Assembly: GCA_046598045.1 (NCBI GenBank) | Contig: JBKJJJ010000214.1 | Span: 1-11,197 of the forward strand | Origin: Candidatus Eiseniibacteriota bacterium | GTDB lineage: Bacteria > Eisenbacteria > RBG-16-71-46 > DASYSL01 | Direction of reading: 5' to 3' | Length of the DNA: 11,197 bases | Shown here: one piece after another, positions 5,901 through 11,197 of the stretch | Layout: every line of letters starts with the position of its first letter | How positions within the stretch are numbered: position 1 is the first letter of the stretch | Translations under genes and position numbers: made by a program | The notes under the pieces: model-generated | Database searches by the model: none | What the model was told of the DNA's origin: nothing | The model's input: only the letters and a program-made list of their open reading frames with translations

Positions 5901-8287
5901 CGCCCGGCCACGGCCGCGCCTGCGCCGGGCGGGTCCGTCGCGCTTCGGGTCGGGACGCCGAGCACCGTCAGCACGGTCTTGACCGCCTGCCGCGCCTGCT
6001 CGGGCTCGAAGAAGTACATCGGGAAGCCGAACCAGACGACCGGCCCGTTGTCGCTGCCGTGGTAGTAGACCGCGTTCGGCAACCCGTCCGAGAACGAGCT
6101 GTTCGAGCCCGTCGTGCCGTCGCCGGTGTAGTTGCGCGCCTGCAGCAGGTAGAGCGTGTCGAGGGCCGGGATCCGGGCTGCGCCTGTGCCCTCGCTGAGG
6201 GCCAGCGGCTTCGAGATGTACCAGGTCAGGTTCACGCTGCGCTGGTTGGGATCCGCGTTCGCGCCGCGGTAGGCGCGCAGGCTGAAGCGCGGCAGACCCT
6301 CCCAGGTCGCGACGTTGCGCTCGGCCGAGGGACCGATGCGCGGGTCGTGGCTGCGGTCGGTGAGCGTGCCGGTCCCCGCGAACTCGGGCAGGTAGGGGAT
6401 CGCGCCTTTGAGCTGCTCGCCGCGCGTGAACTGCACCGAGGCCGTGCCCGCGGTGTTGAGCTCCGAGCGCAGGTGGATGTAGTCGTACAGGAAGCAGCCC
6501 GGCCGCAGGACGTACGCGCGCGGGAATGCCGGGTCCGCGACATAGGGGATGAACGGCACCACGAACGTGCCGAAACGCGTCCAGTAGCCGTTCGCGATCG
6601 AGGGCGCAACCCCGTCGCCGAACAGGAACACCTTGCCGCCCTGCTTCAGGTAGACCGCGAGCGTGTTGAGGTGGCCGGTCACGTTCGCGTAGCGCAGCGC
6701 GTTTGAGGGCTTGCCGCTGCCGAAGAGGAAGTCCGACACGCCGGAAGAGGACCCGTTGTCCGTGTACCAGGCGACGACCCGATAGCGCCCGATCGTCGAG
6801 AGCGGAATTCCCGCCCGTCCAAAGTAGCGATAGTCGAGCGTGTCGTACGCGAAATCGGCGAATGCGCCGGGGATCGACAGGCCGCTCGAGAGCCGGTTGG
6901 GAACCCCGCCGACCGCAAAGTGGAACGTGTCCTGCTCGGCCTCGGTCGGATAGGGGGTCAACGTGCCGGCGCCGGGCGTGCCGTACATGTCGTCGATCAC
7001 CAGCAGGGGCTTGTCGAAACGCGCCACGATCACCGACAGGCGCAGGGTGAACAGCGACACGAAGCCGACCTGGTCGCGCGCCTCGACGTAGAGGAAGTGG
7101 TTCACCGTCGAGTCCACGCTGCCGGTGAACGGGCCCACGATCGCGCTCTGGTCGGTGAGCGACCACGAACTCCAGTGATGCGGGTCACTGTCATTGACGC
7201 GTGGCTTTTCACTCGCGACGTCGCCGCCCTCGATGTCCACCGACCAGCGATAGCCCGCAAGGCTCGAGCCCGAGTTTGGCGTCGCCGACCACTCGAAACG
7301 TAGCGGCGTTGCAGGCGGGATCTCGAGCGTCGGAATGCGCGACGCGTCGAGGCTGATGCCGCCGGTGCTCTGCGTCTTCGAGTAGAAATCGCTCTCGACC
7401 GTGATCAGCGGACCGAGGTTCCGGAGCGTCGGCCTGAAGCGCAGCGTGTTCCCGTCGAGCAGGAAGCGCGGCTCCCACGCGCCGGCCTCGTCCCTGGAGA
7501 CCACGGCGAAGACGTAGACGCGGCCCGGCGTGAGCCCGGTCGCGGTGTAGCTCGGGAAGTCGTCGGCGGTCGAGTCCCAGTCGGCGAACCCGCTCACGAG
7601 GTCCTTGCCGAAGAACTCCTGCACCTCGGCGTTCGACAGGCCGTTCTCGATGTCGGTCTTGATCGCGGTCCCGGGCACGAGCTTGTTCTTGTAGAGCACG
7701 GGCGTCTGGCGCGACACGCCGTCGAGGTCCGTGCCCCGCCAGTGGATGATCACCTGGGTCAGGGTCTGCACCGCCGCCTGGCGATTCGGCGTCGGCGTGT
7801 TGATCACGGTCTCCGGTGCAACCGTACGCGCGGTGAATGAGCGTGCGACCACCGGCGAGCGGTCGCCGGTGTTGTCGACCGCGCGGAGGACGAACGTATG
7901 CGTGTCGCGCGAGAGCACCCGCTGGCCCGGCGGCGCGAGCGGGTCGGCGGGGATCGTCGCCGGGAGCGTGAGCGTCAGCTCGTGCTCGACCGTCGTGGTC
8001 CACGTGGTGTCGCCCCCGACCGGCGGGTCGACCGCGTAGACGAAGCGCTCGACCTGCCCGTCGGGATCGAATGCGGACCAGGACAATCGGACCTGGAACA
8101 GCGTCTCGCTCCCAGGACGGGGCGCGGCGGTGAGCTGGACCTCGGGGAGGATATTCGGCAGCGCGACCGACACCGGGGAGCGCGCGCAGCCGGCGGCCGA
8201 TGCCGCCAGGACGAGCGCGGCGAGCATGCGGCGCAGCGACAAGGGGCTTCGCGGGGTGGGTTCTGCTCGCTGGGGGCGGCTTCGCAT
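5897..8287 (-). CDS. Putative lipoprotein (~796 aa) with three Ig/FN3-like repeats and a C-terminal class-I GATase-like (flavodoxin-fold) domain
   Basis: ATG at 8287 (alternative 8227). RRMLAALVLAASAAGC resembles a lipobox. Repeated W-x3-D-x-D-G and F-x-V-x-A-x-D-x2-G type motifs; then LLVIDD, YRVVAWYTD, LAVYLKQGGKVFLFG, VVWFGFPMYFF. The ORF-track start at 8566 overlaps recG. Confidence 0.8.
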   Translation of the reverse strand: MRSRPQRAEPTPRSPLSLRRMLAALVLAASAAGCARSPVSVALPNILPEVQLTAAPRPGSETLFQVRLSWSAFDPDGQVERFVYAVDPPVGGDTTWTTTVEHELTLTLPATIPADPLAPPGQRVLSRDTHTFVLRAVDNTGDRSPVVARSFTARTVAPETVINTPTPNRQAAVQTLTQVIIHWRGTDLDGVSRQTPVLYKNKLVPGTAIKTDIENGLSNAEVQEFFGKDLVSGFADWDSTADDFPSYTATGLTPGRVYVFAVVSRDEAGAWEPRFLLDGNTLRFRPTLRNLGPLITVESDFYSKTQSTGGISLDASRIPTLEIPPATPLRFEWSATPNSGSSLAGYRWSVDIEGGDVASEKPRVNDSDPHHWSSWSLTDQSAIVGPFTGSVDSTVNHFLYVEARDQVGFVSLFTLRLSVIVARFDKPLLVIDDMYGTPGAGTLTPYPTEAEQDTFHFAVGGVPNRLSSGLSIPGAFADFAYDTLDYRYFGRAGIPLSTIGRYRVVAWYTDNGSSSGVSDFLFGSGKPSNALRYANVTGHLNTLAVYLKQGGKVFLFGDGVAPSIANGYWTRFGTFVVPFIPYVADPAFPRAYVLRPGCFLYDYIHLRSELNTAGTASVQFTRGEQLKGAIPYLPEFAGTGTLTDRSHDPRIGPSAERNVATWEGLPRFSLRAYRGANADPNQRSVNLTWYISKPLALSEGTGAARIPALDTLYLLQARNYTGDGTTGSNSSFSDGLPNAVYYHGSDNGPVVWFGFPMYFFEPEQARQAVKTVLTVLGVPTRSATDPPGAGAAVAGR

Positions 8288-8352
8288 GGTGCCATGGATC
8301 CTTGGGACAGGGACGCGCGGGGCCGCCGCGCGGCCTGCTGCTGGGGCCCTCA

Positions 8353-8363
8353 ACTCTAGCACA
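8353..8363 (-). promoter_or_regulatory. Putative extended -10 promoter for the lipoprotein operon
   Basis: Minus strand TGTGC-TAGAGT (8363-8353) fits TRTGnTAnnnT; no convincing -35. Confidence 0.5.
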
Positions 8364-8399
8364 GCAGGACGGCGCCGATCAGCGGGTTCGTCCGTTGCC

Positions 8400-8410
8400 T
8401 GTGCTATCGT
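8400..8410 (+). promoter_or_regulatory. Putative extended -10 promoter for recG
   Basis: TGTGC-TATCGT (8400-8410) ends 9 nt before ATG 8420, and no SD is visible. Confidence 0.5.
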
Positions 8411-8419
8411 GGTCGTCTC

Positions 8420-10552
8420 ATGACCGCCACGGCCTCCCCGGATGCGGGCCGGCGCGCCCGCCTGACCGCGACCACCCCCGTGCAGTTCCTGCCCGGCGTC
8501 GGGCCCGGCCGCGCCGCGTTGCTCGCCCGCCTCGGACTCAACACGCTCGAGGACCTGCTGCTCCACGTGCCGCGCGAGTACCTCGACGCGCGGCGCACGG
8601 TCCCGGTCGCGCGCATCCCGCCCTCCGGGCTGGTGACCGTGGTGGCGCGCGTGGACTTCGTGGAAGCGCGCCGGGCGCGCGCGCGCACCGACCTGCTGGC
8701 GCGCGTGAGCGACGACACGGGCGTGCTCGGCGTGCGCTGGTTCGGCCAGGGCTTCCTCGCCAAGGAGATCGCCGTCGGCAAGACGCTCGCGCTCGTCGGC
8801 GAGCTCGCGCCCGGCCCCGGTCGCACGTTCGTCAATCCGCTGTTCGACGTGCTGGGCGAGGAATCAGGCGCCCTCGCCGCGGGGCGGATCCTGCCGCGCC
8901 ACCCGCTCACGGCCGGCGTGACCGCGCGCGCGATGCGGCGCTGGGTGCGCAGCGCGCTCGACGCGCTCGCCCCCGAATTGACCGAGCAGGATCCGCTACC
9001 CGTGGAATTGCGGAGCGAACTCGGGCTGCCCGGGTTGGTCGAGGCCTACGAGGCCGTGCACTTTCCCGCCACGCCCGAGGCTGCCGAGCGCGGCCGCAAG
9101 CGCCTCGCGTTCGATGAACTCCTGCTCGCCCAGCTCGTGCTCGCGCTCCGCCGCCGGGCGCGCGCGGAGACCTCCGCCGCGCTCGTGACCGCGCGCGGGA
9201 TGGAGCGCGCCCGCGCCGCGATCGCCGCGCTGCCGTTCACGCCGACCGGGGCGCAGCGGCGCGCCGTCAACGAGATCGTCAAGGACATGAAGTCCAAACG
9301 CGCGATGCACCGTCTGTTGGTCGGCGACGTGGGCACGGGGAAGACCGTGGTCGCGCTGCTGGCGGCGGTGTGCGCGGCCGAGGCCGGCTTCCAGGCCTGC
9401 GTCATGGCGCCGACCGAGATCCTCGCCGAGCAGCACTTCCGAACGCTGAGTGCCCTCGGACAGGCGGCCGGCCTCGTGCCCGCGCTGTGGACCGGCTCGA
9501 CCGCCGAGAGCGCCAGGCGCGAGCTGCGCAAGCGCCTCGAGCTTCCGGCGGGCGACCCGTTCGCGCTCGACCTCGTCGTGGGCACGCACGCGCTGCTCGA
9601 GGAGGACGTGCCGCTGCCCCGGCTCGGGCTGGTCGTGGTCGACGAGCAGCACCGCTTCGGCGTGCGCCAGCGCGCGCAACTGTCGAAGAAGGGCAGCGGC
9701 TTTCCCGATGTGCTGGTGATGACCGCGACGCCGATCCCGCGCACGCTCGCGCTGGCGTATCTCGGAGACCTCGACGTGACGGTACTCGACGAGCGCCCGA
9801 AGGACCGACAGCCGATTGTCACCCGGGTCGCGGGGGAGAAGAGCCGCGAGGCGATCTACGGATTTCTGGCCGACGAGTTGGCGCGGGGGCGACAGGCCTA
9901 CATCGTCTACCCGCTGATCGAGGAGAGCGAGAAGAGCGAGTTGCGCGCGGCCAAGGCGATGGTCGCGAGCCTCGCCGCGCACCCGCTGTTGTCGCGGTTC
10001 AAGTTTGGGCTCCTGCACGGCCGCCTCAAGCCGGCGGAGAAGGAGGCGGTGATGGCCGAGTTCGTCGCGAACCGGGTGCACGCGCTGGTCGCGACCACCG
10101 TGATCGAGGTCGGCGTGGACGTGCCGAACGCGACCGTGATGATCATCGAGCACCCCGAGAGATTCGGCCTGACCCAGCTCCACCAGTTGCGCGGGCGCGT
10201 CGGCCGCGGCAGCGAGCGCTCAGTATGTGTGCTGCTCGCGGGCCCGCGCGCGGCGCCCGAGGCGCAGGCACGGCTCGACCTGCTGGCGTCGACCGACGAC
10301 GGGTTCCGCCTCGCCGAGGAGGACCTCAAGACGCGCGGCGCCGGGGAGCTGTGGGGCGCGCGCCAGACCGGCCTGCCCGCATTGCGCATCGCGGACCTCG
10401 CGCGCGATCTCGACCTGGTGAACCGCGCGCGCGCCGAAGCCGAGGCGCGGGTGGCGGCCGATCCGTCCCTGCTGTCGCCAGGCCACGCTCGCCTGCGGGC
10501 CCGGCTCGAGCAGCTGTTCGGCGAGGAACTGTCGTGGAGGGCGACCGGGTGA
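8420..10552 (+). CDS. recG: ATP-dependent DNA helicase RecG, 710 aa
   Basis: N-terminal LPGVGP...LGLNTLEDLLLHVPREY; RLAFDELL; Walker A GDVGTGKT; MAPTEILAEQH; DEQHRFGVRQR; MTATPIPRTL; ATTVIEVGVDVPNAT; QLHQLRGRVGRG; TRG motif DGFRLAEEDLKTRGAGE...QTG. Confidence 0.98.
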   Translation: MTATASPDAGRRARLTATTPVQFLPGVGPGRAALLARLGLNTLEDLLLHVPREYLDARRTVPVARIPPSGLVTVVARVDFVEARRARARTDLLARVSDDTGVLGVRWFGQGFLAKEIAVGKTLALVGELAPGPGRTFVNPLFDVLGEESGALAAGRILPRHPLTAGVTARAMRRWVRSALDALAPELTEQDPLPVELRSELGLPGLVEAYEAVHFPATPEAAERGRKRLAFDELLLAQLVLALRRRARAETSAALVTARGMERARAAIAALPFTPTGAQRRAVNEIVKDMKSKRAMHRLLVGDVGTGKTVVALLAAVCAAEAGFQACVMAPTEILAEQHFRTLSALGQAAGLVPALWTGSTAESARRELRKRLELPAGDPFALDLVVGTHALLEEDVPLPRLGLVVVDEQHRFGVRQRAQLSKKGSGFPDVLVMTATPIPRTLALAYLGDLDVTVLDERPKDRQPIVTRVAGEKSREAIYGFLADELARGRQAYIVYPLIEESEKSELRAAKAMVASLAAHPLLSRFKFGLLHGRLKPAEKEAVMAEFVANRVHALVATTVIEVGVDVPNATVMIIEHPERFGLTQLHQLRGRVGRGSERSVCVLLAGPRAAPEAQARLDLLASTDDGFRLAEEDLKTRGAGELWGARQTGLPALRIADLARDLDLVNRARAEAEARVAADPSLLSPGHARLRARLEQLFGEELSWRATG

Positions 10553-10902
10553 GCGGATGGAAGGTGGCCTGCACCGCATGCGGCGCCGAGTACCTGTTGC
10601 CCGAGCCTTACGCCCGGGTGGGCGCGCGCGTGCGCTGCCCCGGCTGCGGCGCGACGTTCCGCGCCGCCGACCCGGCGCATGCGCGCGCGCTGCGCGAGGC
10701 CGTCGCGGCATGGGCCGCGGCCCAGCCCGGCGGGATCGAGGCGGTCCGCGCCGCGCGCGCGGCGGGCACGTTCTGGCAGTCGCACGGCGTGGCCCTCGGC
10801 GCCGCGCTTCAGCCGCGCGGCGACGACGGCCCGTCCGAGGACGCCGCCGCGCTCGAGGCCGCGCTCGCGGGCGTGCTCGGCCCGGGGCCGCGGCTGCTCT
10901 AG
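10549..10902 (+). CDS. Small MJ0042-type zinc-ribbon protein, 117 aa
   Basis: GTG at 10549 overlaps the recG TGA (GTGA), with SD GGAGG at 10536-10540. CTACGAEYLL...GARVRCPGCGATF fits the MJ0042 finger-like pattern. It is the tail of the 9370..10902 track ORF. Confidence 0.8.
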   Translation: MSGWKVACTACGAEYLLPEPYARVGARVRCPGCGATFRAADPAHARALREAVAAWAAAQPGGIEAVRAARAAGTFWQSHGVALGAALQPRGDDGPSEDAAALEAALAGVLGPGPRLL

Positions 10903-11197
10903 TCTTTCGAAGTCATCCCGAGCGCCAACGCGATCAGGCCGAGTACGCCGCCCGCGAGGCCGATCGGCAGTGCGGTGCCGAAGCGCGCGACCAGCGGCGC
11001 GGCGAGTGCGGTGACCAGCAGGAACGCCGCCTTCGAGAGAAAGTCGCGGGCGGAGAACACGCGCGCTCGCGCGCCCTCGGGCACGGCCTCCTGGATCGCG
11101 GTCTCGCTCACGAAGAACACGGGCGCAGCAAAGAAGCCCGTCCACGCCGGGGCGAGCGTCATCGCCCACGGCGCGGTTGCGAGCGCGAACCCGCACA
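10899..11197 (-). CDS. MFS transporter, C-terminal part (5' end outside the window)
   Basis: Frame stays open to the window end (...CGFALATAPWAMTLAP...). Hydrophobic helices flank ETAIQEAVPEGARARVFS, similar to the loop 10-11 motif T-x2-Q-x2-VP-x3-RGRVF of DHA3/MFS_3-like transporters. Confidence 0.8.
   Translation of the reverse strand, partial: CGFALATAPWAMTLAPAWTGFFAAPVFFVSETAIQEAVPEGARARVFSARDFLSKAAFLLVTALAAPLVARFGTALPIGLAGGVLGLIALALGMTSKD

Noticed and set aside
5901..7166. N-terminal 422-aa extension of the 1312-aa track ORF, read as a fusion or frameshift product
   Set aside because: Out-of-frame overlap with the lipoprotein gene and Arg-rich. A signal peptide starts at ATG 5900, and no slippery site is evident.
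8288..8566. Upstream extension of the lipoprotein ORF
   Set aside because: Overlaps recG and the promoter region, and would put the lipobox more than 120 aa from the N-terminus.
9370..10548. First 393 codons of the 510-aa ORF, read as a recG-zinc ribbon frameshift fusion
   Set aside because: Alternative frame within an intact recG; the zinc-ribbon gene has its own SD and GTG.
8996..11196. Long minus-strand ORFs (395, 258 and 429 aa) opposite recG
   Set aside because: Shadow ORFs with no recognisable motifs.
1..11197. CRISPR array, tRNA/rRNA, IS element, prophage or defence system
   Set aside because: No regularly spaced nucleotide repeats, cloverleaf, transposase, integrase or nuclease motifs seen. 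The helicase is canonical RecG, not a defence helicase.

Overview
GC-rich bacterial chromosomal window with eight supportable CDSs and no mobile element, CRISPR array or RNA gene. Order: TIGR00266/AIM24-family gene (+), hairpin terminator, rpmB (L28, -), M61 glycyl-aminopeptidase-like protein with PDZ (-), 890-aa secreted protein with acidic Ca-loop-like motifs, a split FN3-like domain and a T9SS/FlgD-Ig-like C-terminal domain (-), ~796-aa putative lipoprotein with three Ig-like repeats and a GATase-like domain (-), divergent promoters, recG (+), a coupled MJ0042-type zinc-ribbon gene (+), and the 3' end of an MFS transporter (-). The best candidate for an undescribed system is the ~7-kb envelope block between rpmB and recG: a translationally coupled lipoprotein/CTD-protein pair followed by a secreted peptidase. 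A T9SS-like CTD in such GC-rich DNA suggests an FCB-group candidate lineage such as Eisenbacteria (inference). All family calls come from motif recognition by eye, not database searches.
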